Shown: one piece after another, positions 19,745 through 27,619 of the stretch
Layout of the letters: every line of letters starts with the position of its first letter
How positions within the stretch are numbered: position 1 is the first letter of the stretch
IMG/VR virus record: IMGVR_UViG_3300034108_000283
Span: 32,001-96,000 of that record
Strand: one strand, 5' to 3'
DNA from: a virus
Taxonomy: Duplodnaviria > Caudoviricetes
Length of the DNA: 64,000 nucleotides
Program-made: the position numbers and the translations under genes
Notes under the pieces: generated by a model
Databases searched by the model: none
The model's input: only the letters and a program-made list of their open reading frames with translations
Told to the model about the DNA's origin: nothing

Positions 19745-20006
19745 AATCAAAAAATTCAGTGAATAACTCTGCTACTACATATTGCATAGCTTTCTTCTTA
19801 GACCGGAATGTAACTATGTCCTCATGAAGATAACTATACAAAGGTTCTACTGTGTAATGAAAACCAGAACCCCCATTATTTCTAATAGGGGTTATGATAT
19901 ATTTTCCATAAACATCAGTTAAGTATACATTAAATCCATGGCTGATATTACCAGTTCCATCTGTATACATGTACTGTTCTTCAAAGATTCCGTTACTTAC
20001 TGGCAT
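19701..20006 (-). CDS. Hypothetical protein, paralog 1
   Basis: AMQYVVAELFTEFFDYE near the C-terminus. Confidence 0.55.
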   Translation of the reverse strand: MPVSNGIFEEQYMYTDGTGNISHGFNVYLTDVYGKYIITPIRNNGGSGFHYTVEPLYSYLHEDIVTFRSKKKAMQYVVAELFTEFFDYEHYGFTRHTRIHI

Positions 20007-20484
20007 TTTTAAGTCTTGGTAGTTGATTTGGATCCTTATCTAAACTTAAAAAGTTTTTAGGAAGGATGCCTTCAGCCATAAAGATAGTAATAATTTGTTC
20101 TTTATTTATACCTAAATCTTTAAAAGTTAAAGTATTCTTGAACTTGTCATCAGTCTCAGTATCAGCTATTAATAACTCTGTGAGTGGACTTTTAGGAAAC
20201 AAAGTCTTGAATATAAAATTGCTATATTGTATAGTAACTTGTTGTTTAAACTTATTAAGTACAACCTGAGCTCTCTTATAAACATTAACTATTCTTTGTT
20301 TCTTTTTGCTACACATAGTAGCCAATTCTTGTTGTGTCAGAGCATCTAGACCATATAGTGCTCTTTTGTATAAATAATTCTGGTATTGTGAATACCCATC
20401 AGTTTCATATTGCATGTACATTCTACCTGCAGATAACTGATAATTTTTTACATCTTGTTTTAGCTTTTCCATTTTGTTATACAT
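19993..20484 (-). CDS. Hypothetical protein
   Basis: ORF track. Confidence 0.65.
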   Translation of the reverse strand: MYNKMEKLKQDVKNYQLSAGRMYMQYETDGYSQYQNYLYKRALYGLDALTQQELATMCSKKKQRIVNVYKRAQVVLNKFKQQVTIQYSNFIFKTLFPKSPLTELLIADTETDDKFKNTLTFKDLGINKEQIITIFMAEGILPKNFLSLDKDPNQLPRLKNASK

Positions 20485-20494
20485 TTAAATTCAT

Positions 20495-20527
20495 AAAAAA
20501 AGAAAGGGGACAGTTACCCATCCCCTT
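20495..20527 (-). terminator. Intrinsic terminator
   Basis: AAGGGGA/TCCCCTT stem plus minus-strand T-run. Confidence 0.65.
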
Positions 20528-20547
20528 ATTCATATACACTCTATTAA

Positions 20548-21012
20548 TTAGATACCGAATTCTTCATTTGGTTTAATAGCACTAGACTTAGTAGTCTCAT
20601 AAGCTGCTTTGATTTCTTCCACATTTGTGTGAGCAATAAAGCTATCTGTAAGATTTTGCTTCTCAGTATACAAAGTGCGTCTGTAAACTGGAGCACCCTC
20701 AACACGGCAAACAATACCTGTGGAACCTGCTACTTTAAGGTCACGCTCAGGATTCTTACCATTAAATGGCTCCATTGCCTCTTGCACAATGATTTTACCA
20801 TCAAGCAATTGACCTTCATAGTAACCTGCATCTTGCAAATCACTAATTGGACCAGAGATTATTGCAGACAACTTCTTTCTTCTTAGGAAACCATTGTCAT
20901 CATACTGATTAACTGATTGTTCAACCCGGATAAATCCAAATTCTGGGTTACTAGATAAATTGATTACTGATTTAGTAGTAGCATCTGCTAATACAACAAC
21001 TTTTGAACTCAT
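20548..21012 (-). CDS. Hypothetical, possible OB-fold protein (start MSSKVV)
   Basis: Beta-rich; ends EEFGI. Confidence 0.55.
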   Translation of the reverse strand: MSSKVVVLADATTKSVINLSSNPEFGFIRVEQSVNQYDDNGFLRRKKLSAIISGPISDLQDAGYYEGQLLDGKIIVQEAMEPFNGKNPERDLKVAGSTGIVCRVEGAPVYRRTLYTEKQNLTDSFIAHTNVEEIKAAYETTKSSAIKPNEEFGI

Positions 21013-21132
21013 AACTTTAAGTTTTAAATAGATAAATAAATAATAATTGAATTGATCTTTTGAGTTGATTACTATAATACTAGTCACTCATACTAGTAAT
21101 AAGTTGATAATACCTTTATTGCAATTCCGGTA

Positions 21133-21402
21133 TTATGTATCCAATGGGCCCGTAAGGTCTATTATATCATCAAATGGAATATCATCTGATACAATGTCAT
21201 CACAACTTTCATCATCTGGTAGATAATCAAAGTCATAGTATTTTTCTTTTGTGTTCTGAAGAACAGCTGACTCTAGGAAGGGATTTAATGCATACTCTCC
21301 TGCATCTAAGGACATAAGGTATTGCTCATCTTCATCAGTAAGATCTAAGTATTGTTCTATGGTTAGAAATATTACCTTGCCATTAGGCAGTTGATAGAGC
21401 AT
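21133..21402 (-). CDS. Acidic hypothetical protein
   Basis: MLYQLPNGKVI...; very acidic C-terminus. Confidence 0.65.
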   Translation of the reverse strand: MLYQLPNGKVIFLTIEQYLDLTDEDEQYLMSLDAGEYALNPFLESAVLQNTKEKYYDFDYLPDDESCDDIVSDDIPFDDIIDLTGPLDT

Positions 21403-21471
21403 TTTAAATTCATAAAGTTTAGTAAATGTAAACCATTCTTAAGAATAGTGATTATACCAACCTACAAATTA

Positions 21472-21488
21472 TTGCACTATATAGCTAA
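21472..21488 (-). promoter_or_regulatory. 17-bp site TTAGCTATATAGTGCAA, copy 1
   Basis: Exact match to 49746-49762 on the opposite strand. Confidence 0.6.
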
Positions 21489-21495
21489 ACAATGA

Positions 21496-21516
21496 AAAGG
21501 GGGCATTGCTACCCCC
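21496..21516 (-). terminator. Intrinsic terminator
   Basis: GGGGG/CCCCC stem plus minus-strand TTTT. Confidence 0.65.
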
Positions 21517-21558
21517 GTATCATTTGGTCAGGAAAAGCATATCCACAGATATACTATC

Positions 21559-21987
21559 TTAAAATTCTTCCATGATCTCTAATGTATCAGCCATTAGGTA
21601 ACTACTAAATGTCTGTTGTGTGCTTTGTGAATCAATACCAAGAGACTCAACTTCATAATGTTTCCAATCATGAAAGCCTCTAAATTCCTTGATAGTGCAA
21701 GCAATCATACCATTATTGTCAGATAAATCAGACTCTATTGTTTTAGGTTTGTTTATCTCATAGCTTAAATTGTTGACATGAGTAAGACATATAGTACCTA
21801 CAGGAATTATATCCGGTAACTTTCTACCTAGTATTAGTTTAAACAACCATTTAGTACAATCTGAACTACTACCAATAAATGGAGTCAATAACTTAGTTAT
21901 CTCTTCTGCATTTGGATGATTAATCATTGATTTGAGAGTATTATACAAATCTGTTTCATCAAACTCTAGGTGTATTTTTGTGCTCAT
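21559..21987 (-). CDS. Hypothetical protein
   Basis: ORF track. Confidence 0.6.
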   Translation of the reverse strand: MSTKIHLEFDETDLYNTLKSMINHPNAEEITKLLTPFIGSSSDCTKWLFKLILGRKLPDIIPVGTICLTHVNNLSYEINKPKTIESDLSDNNGMIACTIKEFRGFHDWKHYEVESLGIDSQSTQQTFSSYLMADTLEIMEEF

Positions 21988-21989
21988 AA

Positions 21990-22208
21990 CTAGTCATTTA
22001 TTCTTCTGAAGTCTCTTATTTTAGCTATAAGAGCTTCATTGTAGTGAGTAAAGAAACTTTTGTCTACAATCCGGTAGTTTATTCTTTCCATCATAGTTAC
22101 CGGATAAATAGTTTTCTTAATTCCAATAGGTATTAACTGATCTGATTCATCTTTAATATCAGCCTTAAGATTAAATCCAAGTACTGAAGTAATTAGTTCT
22201 CTATCCAT
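21990..22208 (-). CDS. Hypothetical protein
   Basis: ORF track. Confidence 0.55.
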   Translation of the reverse strand: MDRELITSVLGFNLKADIKDESDQLIPIGIKKTIYPVTMMERINYRIVDKSFFTHYNEALIAKIRDFRRIND

Positions 22209-22530
22209 TGTTAAACATGTTTTTCATTAAGTCATCTAATCTGTTCGTAGCATTAAACCGGTCAATTACCTTATGCATTACCATAGTTGCAAACACAATC
22301 TCATTAGTATGTACACAACCTTTGACCAAATCATCAAGACACTTGTATAACAACTCATTTTTTTGATATGAATCAATGCATAGTTTTGTTAACTCCTTTG
22401 CTCTATCTTCTGTAATACCTAGATTCTGATGTAACTGTTCACCTTCTTCATCAATAATACAGAGGTAAAACTCATTATCCTGTGGATAAGACTTCTTCTT
22501 TTTCTTAAATAATTTCCTGAACCACTTCAT
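22201..22530 (-). CDS. Hypothetical protein
   Basis: ORF track. Confidence 0.6.
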   Translation of the reverse strand: MKWFRKLFKKKKKSYPQDNEFYLCIIDEEGEQLHQNLGITEDRAKELTKLCIDSYQKNELLYKCLDDLVKGCVHTNEIVFATMVMHKVIDRFNATNRLDDLMKNMFNNG

Positions 22531-22532
22531 AA

Positions 22533-22754
22533 TTATCTTTTTAGTTTAAACTCTTGTTTTCTTTGCTCATCATACCATATTTGTACACTTATACAAACTG
22601 TGATTGACACTAACAAACCTTGAAATACATAACCAACTGGTGTGTAATTCTCAAAATTGAAGGCTTCACCAAATGATATCATACCTTCTAGGATACATAA
22701 TACTACTAATCCTATACTTACATTCAAAATAAAATTTACTAATTTCATAATCAT
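22533..22754 (-). CDS. Two-TM membrane protein
   Basis: Hydrophobic segments. Confidence 0.55.
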   Translation of the reverse strand: MIMKLVNFILNVSIGLVVLCILEGMISFGEAFNFENYTPVGYVFQGLLVSITVCISVQIWYDEQRKQEFKLKR

Positions 22755-22775
22755 ACATTTTTTAGTTAATAAATA

Positions 22776-22826
22776 AGACAGACTATTACACCTTTTGTCT
22801 GTCTACTGCGGTTGGAGGTGTACGCA
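22776..22826 (-). ncRNA. Putative two-hairpin kissing-loop/pseudoknot RNA element
   Basis: AGACAGAC/GTCTGTCT and TGCG/CGCA stems whose loops contain the complementary TACACCT and AGGTGTA. Confidence 0.4.
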
Positions 22827-22827
22827 A

Positions 22828-23082
22828 TTATAATAAATACTTAACTGTCATAGCATAGCCAAATAGACCGGTAGCTGCACCACAAAATGCTATTAATGTT
22901 ACTGTCATAGCATTAATTGTATTGTTCTGCATTAACTTGTCTAATTGTTCTTCTATAACTACTATCTGATACTCTGCTTCTGATAGCATTTGATACTTTA
23001 AATCTGTCGGAACATCACTTAGTTGAACTTCATCTCTAAGGTTGTTCCAAAAATCTAGCTTTTCCTGTAGCTCTTTAATCAT
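22828..23082 (-). CDS. Coiled-coil protein with C-terminal TM
   Basis: ORF track; hydrophobic C-terminus. Confidence 0.55.
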   Translation of the reverse strand: MIKELQEKLDFWNNLRDEVQLSDVPTDLKYQMLSEAEYQIVVIEEQLDKLMQNNTINAMTVTLIAFCGAATGLFGYAMTVKYLL

Positions 23083-23174
23083 AACTTTTAGTTTTTAGTG
23101 TTTAAATAATACTGTGAATAAAATAGTGCTATAAGTAGCACAGTAATCATAATTTCTTTCATAATCATTCAATA

Positions 23175-23348
23175 TTAGTTTCTATATGCATATGACCTTG
23201 ACTGTGCTTTACGTACAGATCTGTCTACATGGTATTTTCTACCATTACCGTGACAAGACTTATTTACCGCACAGCTGGTTAACCATAGTGCAAACATCAT
23301 ACACAGTCCAACTAACATTCCTTTGATTACAATACTTACATTTTTCAT
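23175..23348 (-). CDS. Small putative lipoprotein (57 aa)
   Basis: MKNVSIVIKGMLVGLCMMFALWLTSC-AVNK, lipobox LTSC. Confidence 0.55.
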   Translation of the reverse strand: MKNVSIVIKGMLVGLCMMFALWLTSCAVNKSCHGNGRKYHVDRSVRKAQSRSYAYRN

Positions 23349-23375
23349 ATTAAGGGTTTAAAGTTTACTAAATAA

Positions 23376-23436
23376 AAGTACACAGTGAGAGTTTTAACCA
23401 CACCCACTCACAAGTTGACCGCGTTACTGTGTACTT
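23376..23436 (-). ncRNA. Putative structured intergenic RNA
   Basis: Perfect 11-bp closing stem AAGTACACAGT/ACTGTGTACTT around a GC-richer interior. Confidence 0.35.
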
Positions 23437-23443
23437 AAGCTAA

Positions 23444-23701
23444 TTATCTATCTTCATAACATTGCTGACACATATGTACTTCATCACAAGTACAGGTCAG
23501 TTCAGGATTAATTGCATAGAGTCTTGCCATATCAGCAAACTCACTAGCAATCTCACCGTGCACCTGAAACTTAGGCTTAGGTGTAGTTAAAGCTCTCTTA
23601 GCTCTAATAAGCATTTTGAGAGTATTCCGGAGATGATTAATGTCCATAATATCAACATCAATCTTTTGACCATTCTTCATAGTCCAGTAAATAGTTTCCA
23701 T
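23444..23701 (-). CDS. Hypothetical protein with C-terminal Cys cluster (start METIYW)
   Basis: W....G..I....M...HL.N motif; CTCDEVHMCQQC. Confidence 0.6.
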   Translation of the reverse strand: METIYWTMKNGQKIDVDIMDINHLRNTLKMLIRAKRALTTPKPKFQVHGEIASEFADMARLYAINPELTCTCDEVHMCQQCYEDR

Positions 23702-23734
23702 AAGTATAAGTTTAAGGGTTAATAATTTAATTAG

Positions 23735-24270
23735 TACTCTCACAAGGTTGCAACCCTTGAAGTATGTGACACATTTGGAATGTACCTCAATCGAAAAAGG
23801 TATTCACATTACCTGCTTGGATGAGAGTATAAAACCACAAGTCAACCCCTGCTTTACAGAATGAGGGGTTATGCCTGAAACCTTGTGGTGTATCTATATA
23901 TGACCGGAAATTATTGCTTTCCCGGAAGCCTTTACTGTCTTACTCTAACAAACCTACTATATAACAGTAGTACTAATATAGTTATGACTGATTCTGTGTA
24001 ATACTCACTTTAGATTAGCCATATACTTAGTATTGTATAAGCTGTGGCTATGATTCTGTGACCGTGTCTGTTGGTGTAATAATGCTGAGAGTTTGTCACT
24101 CAACCCCAAACTAACCTACATTCATTCACAGTTTGTTATTAATTACTGCACATATATTACACTATGGGTATCTTCATTCCCGGGGGTAGTATGCAATAAC
24201 TGTGCACTTTAGTCTTGACCATTCAATCAGCGGTTGTTGACCGGTAGTTGACCGCTGAAACAGTCTAACT
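23735..24270 (-). ncRNA. Multi-hairpin non-coding region, candidate ncRNA(s)
   Basis: No credible ORF; stems at 23735-23829, 23834-23889, 23904-23925, 24016-24050 and 24227-24258; early-promoter motif at 24281-24292 points into it. Confidence 0.45.
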
Positions 24271-24392
24271 ATTTTTTTTAAAATTAAAGTTGCTTAAAGC
24301 TATTGTCTGAAAGACAATTAAACACATAGTATATACTATGGCTTCACTAAAAATAATAAGGGTGTATTTCTACACCCCTATTATCCTTGAGA

Positions 24393-24797
24393 TTATATCC
24401 CAATTTCCTCAGATACCTCAACCTCCTCAAAGTCATCATCAGAATTCTCAGAAGCAACAACAAGGCTTGATAATGTGTACCAAGGTTTACGCGCAGTTCC
24501 ATCAGCATTCTTGCTTCTAGAAACTTTACCTAAGTAGGTTTCCCCTACCTCCATACCTTGCTCATAGCTAGTACTATACACTACTATATCAGCTTTGGTG
24601 TGGCTGTTACCATTATCATCAGTAAACCTGATAGTTGCTAACTTGTAGGTTAGGGTATCCCCGTTACCATTAGTGTAAGTGAACTCTTTATCACTTAATC
24701 TAACCAAGGTAGCCTTAATGTTGGCAACCTTTTGCACATTACCACTAGGTGTTGTTTCTTCCTTAAACACCAACGCAATCTTTTTCTTTTCAATCAT
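24393..24797 (-). CDS. Early protein, possible OB-fold with acidic tail
   Basis: Beta-rich; ends DDDFEEVEVSEEIGI. Confidence 0.6.
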   Translation of the reverse strand: MIEKKKIALVFKEETTPSGNVQKVANIKATLVRLSDKEFTYTNGNGDTLTYKLATIRFTDDNGNSHTKADIVVYSTSYEQGMEVGETYLGKVSRSKNADGTARKPWYTLSSLVVASENSDDDFEEVEVSEEIGI

Positions 24798-24915
24798 AAC
24801 TTTTTGATTTTTGGGTTAATAATAATTTTCTTACAATAAAAGTTGCAAAAGGCTAAGCCGAAGGCTTCCAACACTATCCTTTACTTACTCTCTCTCAGCT
24901 TAAATAAAAAGGGGA

Positions 24916-25098
24916 TTACTCCCCTAATTTATTCTGTACTTGTAGATCATCTCTAAATGCTTTTAGAGTATCTATTGCTATGCTAAGTTCATATTTATCA
25001 TAGGAAATTAAATCACTATCTGTTTTTATGACTCTTTCATAAAGACTAATCTTTGCATCAAGCATTGCAATAATTCTAAATACCGGTTCTGTGTCCAT
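24916..25098 (-). CDS. Early cassette ORF
   Basis: Promoter motif upstream; stop codon inside terminator hairpin. Confidence 0.7.
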   Translation of the reverse strand: MDTEPVFRIIAMLDAKISLYERVIKTDSDLISYDKYELSIAIDTLKAFRDDLQVQNKLGE

Positions 25099-25166
25099 AT
25101 TATATAGTTTAAGATTAAATAAAAGTTGTCTTTAAAAATAGAAAGGGGAACAATGTCCCCCTATAT

Positions 25167-25553
25167 CTATGGCTTAACAGGTGCTTCCAACAACTGAAAC
25201 AAATCATCTTTGTCTAACAGGTTGTGCAACTCACGCTTGTAGGTACCTAGCTCATGCAGATAACTTTGCCAAGCAGTGTAATCATTCCTTACAAGTCTAA
25301 GCTTCAGAACTGTGGCTTTAGATTCTTCATAATCTTTGGAATCCATACCTAGTTCTTTACTAGCATTAATCTGGCTATTCAACACGCCTATTGCAAAGAC
25401 ATATTGTTTATCAGAACTATGCATATTAATGGAAATGCTGTTGTTAACATTAATCTCAGGAATAGATGTTAATGACTCCATTAATTGAGAACACATTTCT
25501 TTAGCAAATTCTAAATCTGCTGTTGCTTGTTTGTAAGCTTCTAACTTTTTCAT
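25167..25553 (-). CDS. Early cassette ORF
   Basis: Promoter motif at 25578; terminator at 25144-25162. Confidence 0.7.
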   Translation of the reverse strand: MKKLEAYKQATADLEFAKEMCSQLMESLTSIPEINVNNSISINMHSSDKQYVFAIGVLNSQINASKELGMDSKDYEESKATVLKLRLVRNDYTAWQSYLHELGTYKRELHNLLDKDDLFQLLEAPVKP

Positions 25554-25608
25554 AGTGTATATTTTAATATTTTATTTCAATAAAAGTTGTAAAAAAATAA
25601 AGAGAGTA

Positions 25609-25755
25609 TTACACCCTCTCTATCTTTCTTTTAACATAAAGCTTTATATAAAGCTCATCAAGTTTCTGACTATCAACCATTTGCTTCATAGCTTCTATTG
25701 CTGACATCATAGTCTTGTACTCTTCCCAAGTTAATTCTAAGTTTACTTTGTCCAT
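25609..25755 (-). CDS. Early cassette ORF (48 aa)
   Basis: MDKVNLELTWEEYKTMMSAIEAMKQMVDSQKLDELYIKLYVKRKIERV; motif at 25773. Confidence 0.7.
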   Translation of the reverse strand: MDKVNLELTWEEYKTMMSAIEAMKQMVDSQKLDELYIKLYVKRKIERV

Positions 25756-25798
25756 AGTATATAATTTAGATTATATTAAAGTTGTTAAAAAGGGGATG

Positions 25799-26062
25799 TT
25801 ACTCCCCTTTAAGATTCTTATACACATATACAGGTATGAGTGTCTTTACAATTAACCTGTGCTCTGAATTACCACTAAAAATTGCTCCATCCATTCCCGG
25901 TGGATAGAATGTGAATTTTACAGCAACATCATTAATGATACAAATACCATTAACACGTGATGTGTTTGTAAGAGCCTTGGCAATAAAAGGTTCTGCATAA
26001 AAACAAATGCTATCAGAGCACTGTTCATTAATGCTTTCTGTAATAATAATTTCTATTTTCAT
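25799..26062 (-). CDS. Early cassette ORF
   Basis: Motif at 26081; stop codon in terminator. Confidence 0.7.
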   Translation of the reverse strand: MKIEIIITESINEQCSDSICFYAEPFIAKALTNTSRVNGICIINDVAVKFTFYPPGMDGAIFSGNSEHRLIVKTLIPVYVYKNLKGE

Positions 26063-26132
26063 ATTATATAGTTTTTAATAAAATAAAAGTTGTTATCTAT
26101 AAATAAAAAGGGGGAATTTCTTCCCCCATAAA

Positions 26133-26315
26133 CTATACAACTAACAATGTATGTTCAGGGTGTATTATATGGTATTCTTCTACCAAACTATCCCTGTAAG
26201 CCTTTACCTCTTCTTCCGGTAATTGCTCAAATGCTTTTAACATAGCTTTGTCAGCTTTTTTTCCTAATAAGATTAATATCCCATCAATCTCATCAATCAT
26301 AAATTTTGTTACCAT
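26133..26315 (-). CDS. Early cassette ORF
   Basis: Motif at 26335; terminator at 26110-26127. Confidence 0.7.
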   Translation of the reverse strand: MVTKFMIDEIDGILILLGKKADKAMLKAFEQLPEEEVKAYRDSLVEEYHIIHPEHTLLVV

Positions 26316-26363
26316 AGTGTATATATTTTTATTACAATAAAAGTTGAAATAAAAACTTAGGGA

Positions 26364-26552
26364 TTATCTCCCTAAGTCTTCTTCATACTCAAATGTTCCG
26401 GTCTCTATGTATTCATAGATCTCTGCCTTAGTAGCATAGTCTACAACTTTGCCGTCTTCAAAGAACAGTGCATACTGTTTCCGGCCATCCATAGTCTGTT
26501 GATACTTAACTTGTCCTGTAAGTAACAACCAAATAAAAATAACTTTTGTCAT
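26364..26552 (-). CDS. Early cassette ORF
   Basis: Motif at 26570; terminator at 26355-26377. Confidence 0.7.
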   Translation of the reverse strand: MTKVIFIWLLLTGQVKYQQTMDGRKQYALFFEDGKVVDYATKAEIYEYIETGTFEYEEDLGR

Positions 26553-26597
26553 AATATATATTTCTAATGCAATAAAAGCTGTTTAAAAGAAGAAGGT

Positions 26598-26738
26598 TTA
26601 TAAGCCTTCTTCTTCTTTATACTGTAGATATGATTCATATGCTGTTAAGCAATATGCATCATACTCTGCTTGTAATTCAGCACAAGAATTACAATGGTTT
26701 TCATCACCTAGTAAACAGGCACAAGTTGTATTTTCCAT
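26598..26738 (-). CDS. Early cassette ORF (46 aa, Cys-rich)
   Basis: MENTTCACLLGDENHCNSCAELQAEYDAYCLTAYESYLQYKEEEGL; motif at 26757. Confidence 0.7.
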   Translation of the reverse strand: MENTTCACLLGDENHCNSCAELQAEYDAYCLTAYESYLQYKEEEGL

Positions 26739-26793
26739 AATATATAATTTCTGCTACAATAGAAGTTGTTGCATCATATACAAAATAAAGGAG

Positions 26794-26994
26794 CTATTGC
26801 TCCTCTATTTGTGTATCCCATTGTATGTCCCAAAAGTTTGCTCCAAAGTCTCCTTCTTGAAGAGAGTAAAGTAAAGAGTGAAGTTCTTTTGAAGTAAGAT
26901 CAGGTCTTGTGGTTTTAATTGTTTGTTCAGGTTCTCCGGTGTCCCCTCCGCCAATGGTGATCTTGTAGCTTAAAATATAAAGTGTATTTTCCAT
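26794..26994 (-). CDS. Early cassette ORF
   Basis: Motif at 27012; stop codon in hairpin. Confidence 0.7.
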   Translation of the reverse strand: MENTLYILSYKITIGGGDTGEPEQTIKTTRPDLTSKELHSLLYSLQEGDFGANFWDIQWDTQIEEQ

Positions 26995-27045
26995 AATATA
27001 AGTTTAGCACACAATAGAAGTTGTCTAAATAAAAAAGAGCAAGGA

Positions 27046-27222
27046 TTATTCTCCCTGCTCTTTTACTCTACAAACATTAAACACAATGTATTCTCCCGCA
27101 GTATGTATCTCATATTTCTTGAGAATACCTTTGGTCATCCATTGATTCAATCTAGTTTGCATTTTAGTTAGTTCTCCTGCATCTGATGCAAGAAAACTAT
27201 AAAGGTCAACACGTAGTTTCAT
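27046..27222 (-). CDS. Early cassette ORF (58 aa)
   Basis: MKLRVDLYSFLASDAGELTKMQTRLNQWMTKGILKKYEIHTAGEYIVFNVCRVKEQGE; motif at 27240. Confidence 0.7.
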   Translation of the reverse strand: MKLRVDLYSFLASDAGELTKMQTRLNQWMTKGILKKYEIHTAGEYIVFNVCRVKEQGE

Positions 27223-27287
27223 ATGTATAGTTTCTGTGGCAATAAAAGCTGAAAAATAAAAAGAGAGACATTGTCTCTCTCTTAATG

Positions 27288-27488
27288 CTATGCACCTTGT
27301 AGCTTTTCTTCTATGTGCATTATTAGGTTAAGCATTCCCATAATGGAGCAACCTGCTAATATAATACCCATAGTAATTAAACCTACCATTGGTGCAGTTG
27401 GTTCTACAGATAATACTCCGAAGAAGTATAAACAGAATGTGCCAAGGCCTGAAGCATATAGCACAATAAACTTAAGTAATTGTTTCAT
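27288..27488 (-). CDS. Early cassette ORF, two-TM membrane protein (start MKQLLK)
   Basis: Motif at 27507; terminator at 27261-27282. Confidence 0.7.
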   Translation of the reverse strand: MKQLLKFIVLYASGLGTFCLYFFGVLSVEPTAPMVGLITMGIILAGCSIMGMLNLIMHIEEKLQGA

Positions 27489-27619
27489 AGTATATAATTT
27501 CTCATACAATAAAAGCTGTCTAACACAGAAAAAAAAGGGGATATCATCCCCTGTAGTGTTTAACTTTTCATAGCTTTTAGTTTTCATACAATAAAAGCTG
27601 AATTAAAAAGTAATACAGG

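Noticed and set aside
23735-23829. Canonical tRNA or SAM-I riboswitch
   Set aside because: No TTCRA T-loop, D arm or 7-nt anticodon loop; the resemblance to SAM-I is limited to the first few bases
268-27573. Plus-strand ORFs overlapping left-arm genes (e.g. 1467, 3493, 8010, 10611, 19111, 27313)
   Set aside because: Antisense shadows of well-supported minus-strand genes; only 12362-12673 has its own space and promoter
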